This document shows, in pieces, positions 20,578 through 30,547 of a DNA stretch of 64,000 nucleotides. Made by a program: the position numbers and the translations under genes. The notes under the pieces are model-generated. The model was not told where the DNA came from and made no database searches. It was given only the letters and a program-made list of their open reading frames with translations. The DNA comes from Candidatus Latescibacterota bacterium (lineage in GTDB: Bacteria > Latescibacterota > UBA2968): positions 1,024,001 through 1,088,000 of the forward strand of contig OZ242010.1 in the NCBI GenBank assembly GCA_965204745.1, written 5' to 3'. How positions within the stretch are numbered: position 1 is the first letter of the stretch; the number at the start of each line of letters is the position of its first letter.

Positions 20578-23502
20578 CTATATCCCCATCCAGCGATTTA
20601 AGTTGTCTAACAGCGGTGCGAAATCGCCATTGTCGGCCATTGTCTCGTGGGCTTTGGCGAGGGCTTTGGCGTCCATTCGCTCGTTGGCGCAGACGCGATT
20701 GTAGGCGCAATAATCGCATTCTTTGTCTTTTTGGATGTGAAAAAAGCCGCCATTGCTCACCAATTCGAGCAGGGGACGCAGCGCGTGGGCCAGGTCTTCG
20801 GGGGCGGGTGGCGCGGCTGAAAGCCGCCGTCCGTGTTCCCTGTCGCCGGGAAAAACATAGCCCGACATTTGCACATGGCCCGGTTCGTTTTGTCGTTTTA
20901 GGATCTCGTTCAGAGCATAAGCATACAAGGCCCATTGCAGATGTGTGCCGCGTTTGAGCAAGTCCCGTTCGTCGTATTGCGTTGCGGATCCGGTTTTGTA
21001 ATCCCAAATCGCAAAGCCATTTTCCACGCGATCCACGCGGTCAATGTACCCTCGGATGCGAAATTTCACGTCTTCGGACAATTCGAGCATGACGGGTTTT
21101 TCGCTGTTCAGACCGCCGGATTTGCCAAAGCCAAAACCGACTTCAAATCCGATGGGGTCGGCATTTTTTTGGTCGGATTCGACGGCCAAGAATACCTGCG
21201 CGGCTCGCGACAGGCGTTTCACGTCGGCGCGATACGCGGCTTGGTGTTCGACCGGGTGGATTTTTTCGTAGGTCTCGATTTCCTCTTCGAGGAGGGTTTG
21301 AATCAATGCGCCGTGCTGGTCGCGGTCGGGCCGTTCGCCGCGTGCTTTCAGGGTTTGCATAAATTTGTGAAATAAGCGGTGCAACAGCGCGCCATAAGAC
21401 AGGGGATCGAGCCAGCGCGTGGGATCGGCTTCGGGTTCTTCGAGGGGCCGAATGCCGAGGACGTAAGTCAAGAAGTACCGGTAGGGGCACCGCGCCAGGG
21501 TTTCCAATCTCGAGGCTGAAAAAACGCCCTGTTGTGCTGTGATCGCCAGTTCGGGCATGGGTTTGCCGAGCCAGCCATCGTGCGTTGTCAAGCCGGGCCA
21601 TTCGCGTGCCCGTCGCGCCTTTTGTCCGGAAACGAGGTGCGGATATGCGCGGTTGACAATGCCTGTGTATTCGGCAAAGGGGTAGTGCGACAGCAAGAGG
21701 TCCGTGTCGTCCAATGCCTGTGCGGCATCTTCGGGAAAAGCCCGAGCAAGGGGGATGGGGTCAATCGCCATCTGTTCGGCGGCGTGCTGAAAAAGCGCGG
21801 CCGGATAACGCTCTCGACTATCGGACAAACTGCGCTGACACGACAACAAGGTCACTTTGCCAGGGGCCATGCCCAACACGCGGCGCAGATGATACACTTG
21901 CTCGGCCGGGCGCGTGCGGCGCAATTCCAATTCAGTTGATACGCCGGAACGCTCGCTGTCTAACAGGATCGGGTCTTCTGTCGCGCCACCGGGGAAGGTG
22001 CCCTCGTCCATGCCCACCACGTAAATGTGCGGGCGATGGGTATAGCCGGCTCGGTGGAGTGGCGCGATAGCGAGGTGCCCGGGTTTGGCTGCTTCGGCTC
22101 TGAAAGACAGGTTGGCGGTGCATTCGGCCAAGCGATTCGCCAATCGGCGCGCGGGTGCTTTGCGGCGCACGGATTGGGCCACATGGCGCAGGCGATCCGA
22201 AAGCGCGGCGAGAACATCATCATCTTCGGCTTTTGCAAAATGTGCGAGAAATTGCAGTCCCGCATCCACCAACGCGCCGAGGGATACGTTTGACCCGCGC
22301 CGGGGGAGCAGGTCGAATAAGCGTGTCAATTCGTCGATAACGGCTTCGATTTCGTCGACTTGTGTCGAGGAGTCCGCATCTTTTCGCGCTTGGAGATCGG
22401 CCCTCATTTTGTTTAGGGCGCGGAGGTAATTCGGATACTCTCCGCTCAGGTGTGCTCGGTGAATGACGGCTGCCATTGGATTTTCAGACGCGATGAGGCC
22501 CGCGCGGTACAGTGCGATCAGGTCATCCGCAGGACATCCCGCGCCTAGCCAGCGATAAAAACTCACCAATGCCCGACCCGTTTGGGTTGTCGCAACCGGG
22601 ATGCCCTCGGCGAATGTGGCGCGCAGTCCGAATTGCTGAACCGCATCGCACAACAGGCTCAAGTACGGGGTTTCCGAGGTATAGACGATTTCGACAGCGT
22701 CCAGCGGTATGGCCTTTGACCGTATCTCGCGCAACGCGGTGCGAATTTCCGTTTCTGTGCCCACGGTCTCGCACAATCGAGTCTGATCGGCGTCTTCGGG
22801 GCGCAATTCCGCACCAATATCGCCTTTGACATTGGGGAGGGGCACGGCGGCAAAACGCACGGCGGCACTGTGCGGCGGAGCATCTGTTTGCTTTCGTCCG
22901 ATGCGCCAGATACGGCCCTGTGATCGCTCGCGCACGTACAAAAACGCCAACTTCGGCAAGGGGGTTTCGTCCATGATCGCGTGGTGGGTACGGTGGGTAT
23001 CAGGGGTCAAATGAGCCAAGGCGCGTTGATACAACACCGCGTTGTCGTAGATGTGATCGCGCTCAAAAGCCGCGCAATACGTTCGATACAGGTGTTGCAA
23101 CAAGTGATGCCGCCCGCCTTTGCCAGAGACCGAATCGGGTTCTAATCCCGCGGCGCGCAAGACGTGCAGGGTTCGCAAAAACGGCCGCGTGAGCGCGGCG
23201 GCCTGTTGGGCAAAATAGTCATCATCGACTTCGCGCACGACGCGGGGAATCATTTGGTCCAGCCAGAACAAATCCGCATCTTGGGCGAGGCGCGCTCGTC
23301 CCTCTGCGACGAGCAACGCGCCCGCGTCCTTTTCGGCCAGACTGCGCGGCGTCTCGATTTGCAAGTTCATCCATGAGTACCCCGTCGCCGCAAGCCCCAT
23401 CCCCAGGTTGTGCCCGATGCTCATCGCGGGGACGATCAAGACTTTCGACTCAATCGGATGCGCGTCGCAAAATGCCTTCAGTTGTGCGAGGTGATAGTGC
23501 AT
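20578..23502 (-). CDS. AddB-like PD-(D/E)XK nuclease with inactive helicase-like N-terminus and Fe-S cysteines
   Basis: SASRLE-CPY, GYIDRVD, DYKTG, QxxxY, CDYCAYNRVC. Confidence 0.82.
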   Translation of the reverse strand: MHYHLAQLKAFCDAHPIESKVLIVPAMSIGHNLGMGLAATGYSWMNLQIETPRSLAEKDAGALLVAEGRARLAQDADLFWLDQMIPRVVREVDDDYFAQQAAALTRPFLRTLHVLRAAGLEPDSVSGKGGRHHLLQHLYRTYCAAFERDHIYDNAVLYQRALAHLTPDTHRTHHAIMDETPLPKLAFLYVRERSQGRIWRIGRKQTDAPPHSAAVRFAAVPLPNVKGDIGAELRPEDADQTRLCETVGTETEIRTALREIRSKAIPLDAVEIVYTSETPYLSLLCDAVQQFGLRATFAEGIPVATTQTGRALVSFYRWLGAGCPADDLIALYRAGLIASENPMAAVIHRAHLSGEYPNYLRALNKMRADLQARKDADSSTQVDEIEAVIDELTRLFDLLPRRGSNVSLGALVDAGLQFLAHFAKAEDDDVLAALSDRLRHVAQSVRRKAPARRLANRLAECTANLSFRAEAAKPGHLAIAPLHRAGYTHRPHIYVVGMDEGTFPGGATEDPILLDSERSGVSTELELRRTRPAEQVYHLRRVLGMAPGKVTLLSCQRSLSDSRERYPAALFQHAAEQMAIDPIPLARAFPEDAAQALDDTDLLLSHYPFAEYTGIVNRAYPHLVSGQKARRAREWPGLTTHDGWLGKPMPELAITAQQGVFSASRLETLARCPYRYFLTYVLGIRPLEEPEADPTRWLDPLSYGALLHRLFHKFMQTLKARGERPDRDQHGALIQTLLEEEIETYEKIHPVEHQAAYRADVKRLSRAAQVFLAVESDQKNADPIGFEVGFGFGKSGGLNSEKPVMLELSEDVKFRIRGYIDRVDRVENGFAIWDYKTGSATQYDERDLLKRGTHLQWALYAYALNEILKRQNEPGHVQMSGYVFPGDREHGRRLSAAPPAPEDLAHALRPLLELVSNGGFFHIQKDKECDYCAYNRVCANERMDAKALAKAHETMADNGDFAPLLDNLNRWMGI

Positions 23503-23537
23503 GAAAGTTCCTCAATTCACAGGAATAGCCCGTGAAG

Positions 23538-23558
23538 CCCCGTCCGTTCACGGCGGGG
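23538..23558. mobile_element. IS200/IS605-type subterminal hairpin
   Basis: CCCCG-t-CCGT-tc-ACGG-CGGGG stem-loop ~95 bp upstream of the tnpB fragment. Confidence 0.55.
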
Positions 23559-23651
23559 AGGTAAGGGCTTTGAAGTTGGTGTTGCTTCAGCACATAAATC
23601 GTTTGACCTGTTCCTCTTTTGTGACTATGCTATTCACAAGGAGGGTGTGCT

Positions 23652-23945
23652 ATGAAAATGGTACTTCAGATACGGCTGTTGCCTGACGCGGTTAGCGCGG
23701 ACAAAATGCGCGAGACGATGCAACGCTTCAATGCGGCTTGCAACTATGTCTCTCCGCTTGCTTTTGAACGCCGATTGACCGACAATTTTGCACTTCAGAA
23801 GTTGTATTACTACGACATTCGCAAACGCTTTGGCTTGTCGGCACAACATGCGGTCAAGGTGTTTGGTCTCGTCGTTGTTGCGGTGAAATCTGTGCTTAAG
23901 AAGAAGCACAAAACCGCGCCGACGTTCCGTCCGTTTTCGCGGTAA
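23652..23945 (+). pseudogene. tnpB: Truncated TnpB (IS200/IS605 family), N-terminal portion only
   Basis: TMQRFNAACN, LQKLYYYDIR, FGLSAQ, PTFRP; no RuvC domain. Confidence 0.75.
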
Positions 23946-24001
23946 AAAGCCACGTCGCTTTCTGCGATGCGTGCGGTGGCTTCTTTGAGAACGCTTGCCA
24001 T
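23930..24001 (-). pseudogene. 5' stub of a probable PhyH-family gene
   Basis: AGGAG RBS then MASVLKEATARIAESDVAFYRENG, resembling the FYRENG(Y) start of PhyH proteins. Confidence 0.45.
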
Positions 24002-24100
24002 TGCAGACTCCTGAAATCATGAAGTGGGTAACAAGGTTGCACAATAATCGCTCAGGCAGGCGTTGGGGTCAAGGGAAATAGCATATCGCATCACATGAGA

Positions 24101-24300
24101 TGCGAATTAAAAGTAGAAAGCGAGTGGGAAGCAAGCCGCGGCCTATCGCCCAAAGCCATGAACGACTCATCCATTATCGGCGCCCCTTAGAATTTGTCTA
24201 AAAACAAACGATGGATGCTCCTCCGGCTCCTCTCCGCAACGGAGAGATGTTCTTCCCCCCTTCCTGTGAGGAAGGGGGGCCAGGGGGGTAGGTCCCAATA
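24101..24300. mobile_element. Degenerate copy of the IS982 MITE / GC-hairpin composite
   Basis: Matches 10964-11030 and 11035-11270 with internal deletion. Confidence 0.7.
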
Positions 24301-24326
24301 AATCGCTCATTTTCACAGAGGTTCGC

Positions 24327-26171
24327 ATGTGTGGCATTATCGGTTATGTGGGGCGCGAGGTGGCCTCGGATGTGCTCATCCGCGGGCTTCGGCGTTTGGA
24401 ATATCGGGGCTATGATTCGGCGGGGGTGGCGGTGATCGATAATGCACCCGATCAAAATCGCATTGACGTGTGCAAGACCTTGGGGCGCGTCGCGGATTTG
24501 ACGGGCAAATTGGCGGAGGATGCCGTGGCTGGGGCAGTGGGCATAGCCCATACCCGATGGGCAACGCACGGCAAACCGAGCGACGAGAATGCACACCCGC
24601 ATTTGGACGCGACCGGGCGCGTTGCCCTCGTACACAATGGCATTGTGGAAAATCACGCGGCCATTCGCAGATTTTTGGAAAACCAGGGAATCGCATTTCA
24701 AAGCGAGACCGATACGGAAGCCCTCGTGCAACTGATCGGTTTTTTTTATGCCGAGACAGGTGATTTGCTCGCCTCGGTGCGGCACGCCTTGCGCGACGTG
24801 CAGGGCACTTATGGCATCGCATTGCTCTGCTCAGACGCGCCCCATACCCTGATTGCAGCGCGGCGCGGCAGCCCGCTTTTGGTGGGCGTGGGAGATGGCG
24901 AGTTGCTCGTCGCATCGGATGGCAGCGCGATAGTGGCGCATACGCAACGGGTGATCTATCTCGACGACAACGAAATGGTCACCCTGGGGCCCGATGGCGT
25001 GCAGGCGAGCACGATTGACGCCGAACCCCTAAGAAAAGAAGTGGATATCCTCGATATTTCACTGGAAGAAATCGAGCTAGACGGCTTTGATCACCACATG
25101 CTCAAAGAGATTTACGAGCAACCCGAGAGTTTGCAAAACGCGATGCGCGGGCGCATCAATTTGCAGACTGGCGAAGTCACGCTGGGCGGGTTGGCAAATA
25201 TCAGCCGCGAGTTGGCGCGCTTCCAAAAAGTGCTCTTGACCGCGTGTGGCACGGCTTGGCATGCGGGGCTGGTCGCCGAATACTTGTTCGAGGAATTGGC
25301 GCGCGTGCCCACCGATGTGGAATACGCCAGCGAGTTGCGGTATCGCAATCCCATTGTGGAAGATGGCACCATGGCCATCGTGATCAGCCAGTCGGGCGAA
25401 ACCGCGGATACGCTGGCCGCGCTTCGAGAGGTCAAGATGAAGGGGGCAACCGCCTTTGGGGTGGTCAATACGGTCGGCTCGACGATTGCGCGCGAGACCG
25501 ATGCGGGCGTTTATTTGCACGCGGGGCCAGAGATTGGCGTGGCGAGTACCAAAGCATTTACGTCGCAAGTGGCGGTTTTGGCGATGATCGCCACCGATAT
25601 GGGGCGGCGCAGACACCTATCGCCCGAGCGCACGTTTGAAGTCCTCGAAGGGCTTGCGGCAATCCCAGATCAAGTGGCGGAAGTCCTCGCGCTGGACGAT
25701 CAGATCAAAGCGGTGACACTGAAGTACGCGGATCGCGACAACTGGTTGTATCTGGGGCGCGGCGTGAATTATCCGGTGGCGCTAGAAGGCGCCTTAAAAT
25801 TGAAAGAGATCAGCTACATCCACGCCGAGGGCATGCCCGCCGCCGAGATCAAACACGGCCCCATCGCGCTGATCGACGCGGGGATGCCCGTGGTGGTGGT
25901 CGCGCCGTGCGATCACGTGTACGACAAGGTGCTGGCCAATATCGCAGAGGTGAAAGGGCGCGGCGGCCGGGTGATCGCCATCGCCAATCGGGCAGATGGC
26001 GAATTGCGCGAATTGGCCGACGCCGTGCTGCAAGTGCCCGAAACCCCGGCCATTTTGTCGCCCCTCGTCACGGCGATTCCCCTCCAGTTGATCGCCTATC
26101 ACGCGGCGGTTGTGCGTGGGTGCGATGTCGATAAACCGAGGAATTTGGCAAAGAGTGTCACGGTTGAATAA
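24327..26171 (+). CDS. glmS: Glutamine--fructose-6-phosphate transaminase (isomerizing)
   Basis: MCGIIG, EYRGYDSAG, HTRWATHG, SQSGETADT, PRNLAKSVTVE. Confidence 0.98.
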   Translation: MCGIIGYVGREVASDVLIRGLRRLEYRGYDSAGVAVIDNAPDQNRIDVCKTLGRVADLTGKLAEDAVAGAVGIAHTRWATHGKPSDENAHPHLDATGRVALVHNGIVENHAAIRRFLENQGIAFQSETDTEALVQLIGFFYAETGDLLASVRHALRDVQGTYGIALLCSDAPHTLIAARRGSPLLVGVGDGELLVASDGSAIVAHTQRVIYLDDNEMVTLGPDGVQASTIDAEPLRKEVDILDISLEEIELDGFDHHMLKEIYEQPESLQNAMRGRINLQTGEVTLGGLANISRELARFQKVLLTACGTAWHAGLVAEYLFEELARVPTDVEYASELRYRNPIVEDGTMAIVISQSGETADTLAALREVKMKGATAFGVVNTVGSTIARETDAGVYLHAGPEIGVASTKAFTSQVAVLAMIATDMGRRRHLSPERTFEVLEGLAAIPDQVAEVLALDDQIKAVTLKYADRDNWLYLGRGVNYPVALEGALKLKEISYIHAEGMPAAEIKHGPIALIDAGMPVVVVAPCDHVYDKVLANIAEVKGRGGRVIAIANRADGELRELADAVLQVPETPAILSPLVTAIPLQLIAYHAAVVRGCDVDKPRNLAKSVTVE

Positions 26172-27438
26172 TGTCGTTTTATACGAAGACCCCGGCTGGC
26201 AACGCCTGCTGCCGTTGGTTTATTTGCGCGCCGCGTTTCAACTGCGCTGTGGGATGCGCGATTTGTTGGGCCGAGTGCGGGATTTGGCCGGGGCATCGCC
26301 GATGCTCTGGTGCAGAAGCGAATTGGCGCGGGTTGTGGCCGAGCAAACCGGGTTGCCCACCAATGGCGCGATAGCCGCGAATACCCTGTTGCTCAATGGC
26401 CGCGGGATATGGCGTTCCCTACCGCGGGCAACCCCGGGCGACGGGGCATGGGTGGGCGTGGTCAAGGGGCAAATCGCGTGCGTGTTTGCCGATGCCGCGC
26501 TGGTCGCAAAACTGAGTCCCGACGTCTTGCGAGACGAAGCGCGAACGCACGCTGTGCTCGCGGGTGTGCCGCAGCGTGAGGTGGGCGCCAGGGTGCAACT
26601 CATCTCCTATCCGTGGGAACTCGTGCAGGCCAACGAAGCGGCGCTGCGAGACGATTGGAACCGGGTCGCGCAGTCGGGCGTCTTTGGACGGGTTGACCGC
26701 GGCAGCTATTTGTTGAATGCGTCGGCGATTTTTGTCGGCGAAGGCTCGCGCATCAAGCCCTGTGTGGTCATCGACGCCGAAGAGGGGCCCGTGTGGATTG
26801 GCGAACAGGTGCAAATTATGCCGCATGTGTCCATCCAGGGGCCGGCCTGTATTGGCGATGGCAGTTTGATACAAGCCGGCGCGGTTGTACACGAGGGCAC
26901 GACGATTGGGCCGGTGTGCAAGGTGGGCGGCGAGATTGAGGCGAGCATTCTCCACGGGTATTCCAACAAGCAACACGATGGCTTTTTGGGCCATAGCTAC
27001 GTGGGGCAATGGGTCAATATTGCGGCGGATTGCATCAACAGCGATTTGAAAAACACGTATGGCAACGTGCGCGTGCCGATCAATGGGTACGAGGTGGATA
27101 CGGGCGAACAATTTGTGGGCATGTTTGTGGGCGATCACAGCAAAGCCGGGATCAATGTGAGTTTTCCCACGGGCGCCGTGGTGGGCTTTTGCAGCAGCGT
27201 ATTCGCGCCTGTGAGTCCCAAATTTGTACCGAGTTTTACTTGGATCGACGGCCACCGCGTTGAACGCTACGACGAACAGCGGGGCATTGCCATCGGCAAA
27301 AAAGTGATGGCGCGGCGCAATCGGACGATGGGCACGGCAGAAGAACGCGCCTTCTTGTCAGCCGTGCGCCAAGCCCTCGCGATTGAATGCCAGCCATTGG
27401 ATTCGGAGTTGCTGGCGCAGGGTGAACGCCGCGGATAA
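26164..27438 (+). CDS. GlmU-related sugar nucleotidyl/acetyltransferase with hexapeptide repeats
   Basis: LLPL..LR N-terminus, hexapeptide repeats, NKQHDGFLGHSYVGQWVN, SDLKNTY; start uncertain (TTG 26164). Confidence 0.75.
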   Translation: MNNVVLYEDPGWQRLLPLVYLRAAFQLRCGMRDLLGRVRDLAGASPMLWCRSELARVVAEQTGLPTNGAIAANTLLLNGRGIWRSLPRATPGDGAWVGVVKGQIACVFADAALVAKLSPDVLRDEARTHAVLAGVPQREVGARVQLISYPWELVQANEAALRDDWNRVAQSGVFGRVDRGSYLLNASAIFVGEGSRIKPCVVIDAEEGPVWIGEQVQIMPHVSIQGPACIGDGSLIQAGAVVHEGTTIGPVCKVGGEIEASILHGYSNKQHDGFLGHSYVGQWVNIAADCINSDLKNTYGNVRVPINGYEVDTGEQFVGMFVGDHSKAGINVSFPTGAVVGFCSSVFAPVSPKFVPSFTWIDGHRVERYDEQRGIAIGKKVMARRNRTMGTAEERAFLSAVRQALAIECQPLDSELLAQGERRG

Positions 27439-27468
27439 ACGCAGATCAACGAGAAGAGAGGAAGTCAA

Positions 27469-29295
27469 ATGCGCCGATCAACCCCTCAACCCCTCCGTGA
27501 CCTGTATCTCCTCGCGTTGCTCCTCCTTGCCCCCCCGGCAATGGCGCAACTCTCGCCTGTGCAGATCGACGAGGAACTCAATCGCGCAATGGTGCTCGAA
27601 GCCAAAAAGGACTGGGCCGGCGCCATCGGCATTTACCAACGCCTGTGCGATCAACTGCCCCATCGCGGCGATTTGGTTTCGCGCCTCGAATCCGCGCTGT
27701 CTCGGGCCGGGAGATATGCCGAGGCTGCGGCCTTGATGCGCCAACGCTTGGCGGTCGATCCAAACGATGTGGATGCACGCTTGCGCCTTGGGCAGGCCCT
27801 GCTCGCATTGGGCGAAGTGGATTCCGCGGGCGCGCATTGGGATCGCTTGCTTCAACGTGCGACCACCCTGACCCCGTTTGCCATCGTTGCGGATCACTAC
27901 CGCAGGCGCAACCTGGACGCCCGCGCCGAACAGGCGTACCGGCGTGCGCGAGTCGTTTTCAAAAACCCCGCGCTTTTTGCCCGCGAACTCGCCGAACTCG
28001 CCGAACGCCAAGTGCGCTATCCGGATGCAGTGCGCGAGTACCTGATCTACGCTGCGGACAATCCCCAATACCTCCCGCTGGTCGAGGACCGGTTGCGCGA
28101 TTTTGCCCGCAATGGCGATCAACACGCCGAGGTTTTCGCGTTGTTGGCAACACCTGTCGCGCTTGCAGATCAATACCAACGCCGCCTGCTCATCGAATAC
28201 GCCCTGCCCGCCGGATTTGCCGCGCAAACGCTCGCCCTGTTGCAATCGTCCGACATGCAGGACGGGACGCACTTGTTCCGCATTGCGCGTTATAGCCTCG
28301 ATCACGACGACCCCGCAACCGCCATTGCCGCGTATCAAACCGTTCTCGACCACACGGACATCGCGGACCTCCGCGCCCGAGCACAACTGGGCCTGGGCAA
28401 GGCGTACGAACGCGCCAATCGCGCCGAGGATGCACGCGCCCAATACGCGGCCCTCATCGCGCAATACCCCGACCACGCAGACGCAGACGAAGCCCGATTC
28501 CGCCTGGGCATCATTTTGCGCGACTATCGCAATGACGCGCCCGGCGCCCAACAGGCATTTCAAACCGCGATAGCCACCAACCGCCGCAACACCTGGCGAT
28601 ACAAAGCCCTGTTCGCGCTCGCCGAAGGCCATCTTCAAGCCGACAACGCGGATGCGGCCCGGCGCGTCTATCATCAAATCATCGCGGAAAGAACAAACGC
28701 CCCGGAAGAAACCGAAGCGCGTTTTCACTTGGCCGAATTGCACTTTTTGTACTCGGAGATCAGCGACGCACAAACCGCGCTCGACCATGTGCTCAAAGCC
28801 GAGGCCAACCGCGACATCATCAACGACGCCATCGCCCTGTCCGCCCTGCTGCAAGAAGGCATGCGCGCCGATTCGACCCTCATCCGCACGTACTCCCGCA
28901 CTTGTCTCAAATCGCGCCAAAAGGATCACGCAGGTGCATTGCGCGATTTTGAAGCCCTGTACCGCGCCCATCCGCAGTCCTTTCTCGCGGATCGCTTGCT
29001 CGATCATCAGGCCAAAATACTCGCGGATCAAAAACGCTATTCGCAGGCCCTTCAGACCTATCGCCAACTCGTCGCAACGCACCCCCACAGCCCGCTCTGC
29101 CCTGCGGCCCACATCGCCCAAGGCGCGATTTACGACCGCCACTTGGGACAATATTACGACGCGCAACAGGTGTACGAAACCCTGCTCATCACCTATCCCC
29201 TCAGCCTCGAAGCCGACCTCGCCCGCGAACACCTGCGGATGCTGGAGCGGAAAATCCAGAACATCAAAAAAACAACCACAGATGAACGCGGATGA
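27469..29295 (+). CDS. Exported tetratricopeptide repeat protein
   Basis: Signal peptide and multiple TPR-like helical repeats. Confidence 0.8.
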   Translation: MRRSTPQPLRDLYLLALLLLAPPAMAQLSPVQIDEELNRAMVLEAKKDWAGAIGIYQRLCDQLPHRGDLVSRLESALSRAGRYAEAAALMRQRLAVDPNDVDARLRLGQALLALGEVDSAGAHWDRLLQRATTLTPFAIVADHYRRRNLDARAEQAYRRARVVFKNPALFARELAELAERQVRYPDAVREYLIYAADNPQYLPLVEDRLRDFARNGDQHAEVFALLATPVALADQYQRRLLIEYALPAGFAAQTLALLQSSDMQDGTHLFRIARYSLDHDDPATAIAAYQTVLDHTDIADLRARAQLGLGKAYERANRAEDARAQYAALIAQYPDHADADEARFRLGIILRDYRNDAPGAQQAFQTAIATNRRNTWRYKALFALAEGHLQADNADAARRVYHQIIAERTNAPEETEARFHLAELHFLYSEISDAQTALDHVLKAEANRDIINDAIALSALLQEGMRADSTLIRTYSRTCLKSRQKDHAGALRDFEALYRAHPQSFLADRLLDHQAKILADQKRYSQALQTYRQLVATHPHSPLCPAAHIAQGAIYDRHLGQYYDAQQVYETLLITYPLSLEADLAREHLRMLERKIQNIKKTTTDERG

Positions 29296-29516
29296 AACGG
29301 ATGACGCGGATGAACGCGGATTGGGTTGGCAGATAGGGCGCGGGGAGCAGGTGACACAGACGCCGTAAGTGGGGTAAAGGACGCGGATTGGGGAGCGCAG
29401 GTGGTGCGGAGGGTATGGGTAATTGTCTGGGATCGCGGATGACGCGGATGGCGCGGATTAGGTTGGCAGGTAGAGCGCGGGGAGTAGGTGACACAGACGC
29501 CGTAAGTGGGGCAAAG
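29281..29516. repeat. (GGATGACGC)-type array with a duplicated ~65-bp unit (29315-29379, 29452-29516)
   Basis: Read directly; 137-bp offset. Confidence 0.8.
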
Positions 29517-29598
29517 AACTTGGTATTAGATTTGCCTTGTCGCGTAAGTTGTTCAAGAAATCGTCATTTTGGGTTAAACACTTTTGAGGGGAAATGGT

Positions 29599-30330
29599 GT
29601 GAAAAAAAAGAGGGTGTTGATTACGGGTGCTGCTGGACGCATTGGCAAAGTGCTCACAGATGGTTTGCACGAGCGGTATCGGTTGCGGGTGTTGTATCAC
29701 CGCACGGTTTTGGAGCAGAAGTACGCCGAGGAAGTGATGGTCGCAAACATCGCGGATTTGGACAAAATGGAAGCGGCTGTGGCTGGGATGGATGCCGTGG
29801 TCCACATGGCGGGCAATCCGTCTGGTGGCGCGACATTTGAAGAAACCGTCACGGCAAATATCATCGGCACGCACAATATCTACGAGGCGTGCAAGCGCGA
29901 GGGGGTGAAGCGGGTGATTTTTGCCAGCACCAACCACGTCACCGGCATGTACGAAAAGAAAGGGCCCATTTACACAACTTGGGACATGCCCGTGCGCCCG
30001 GACAGTTACTACGGCGCGAGCAAGGCTTATGGCGAAGCACTCGGGCGATATTACGTGGATGAATACGGCCTGTCCGTGATCTGCCACCGCATTGGGTCCT
30101 TTCAACCGGTGTCCTCGGTCATCAACCGAAAAGGGGATCGCATTTTATCGACCTGGCTGAGTTACAAAGACACCGTGCAACTGACGTGGCGCAGCATTGA
30201 CGCGCCCGAGCACATTGATTTTGCGATCTACTACGGCATCTCGGGCAACACGCGCGCGTATTTTGATATTCAAAACGCCCGCGACGAGATAGGGTATGAG
30301 CCGGTGGATAATGCGGAGGATTATGTGTAG
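29599..30330 (+). CDS. NAD-dependent epimerase/dehydratase (uronate dehydrogenase-like)
   Basis: TGAAGRIG, FASTNH, YGASK, RIGSF, STWLS. Confidence 0.8.
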   Translation: MKKKRVLITGAAGRIGKVLTDGLHERYRLRVLYHRTVLEQKYAEEVMVANIADLDKMEAAVAGMDAVVHMAGNPSGGATFEETVTANIIGTHNIYEACKREGVKRVIFASTNHVTGMYEKKGPIYTTWDMPVRPDSYYGASKAYGEALGRYYVDEYGLSVICHRIGSFQPVSSVINRKGDRILSTWLSYKDTVQLTWRSIDAPEHIDFAIYYGISGNTRAYFDIQNARDEIGYEPVDNAEDYV

Positions 30331-30547
30331 AGTGGAAGGGCCACAAAAAACACGTACAGGGTACAACTGGCGATAGCCCGTTCAAAGGCGAGCAACGTGT
30401 ATAGGGGCTATGCCCCGCGCTCGCCCAAAGATACAAGAAGTAGTCAGTGGTCAGTCCCCACCCGACCCTACCGCCCAAGTAGTCAGTGGTCAGTCCCCGC
30501 CCAACCCCCACCGCTATATTCGTTAGAATTAGACAACTGACAACTGA

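Noticed and set aside
20578-21530. Cas4 call for the Fe-S PD-(D/E)XK domain
   Set aside because: It is the C-terminus of a 974-aa AddB-like protein with no CRISPR context.
24050-24326. glmS ribozyme upstream of glmS
   Set aside because: The region is explained by IS982/MITE sequence and no ribozyme core was recognised.
27478-29232. Long antisense ORFs (also 38246-39949, 34310-35380, 61586-62644, 11748-12767, 1393-2424)
   Set aside because: Shadow frames of well-supported genes in GC-rich DNA, with no recognisable motifs.
29315-29516. Possible mini-CRISPR (also 14246-14343)
   Set aside because: Only two units each, spacers are made of other repeat modules, and there are no cas genes.
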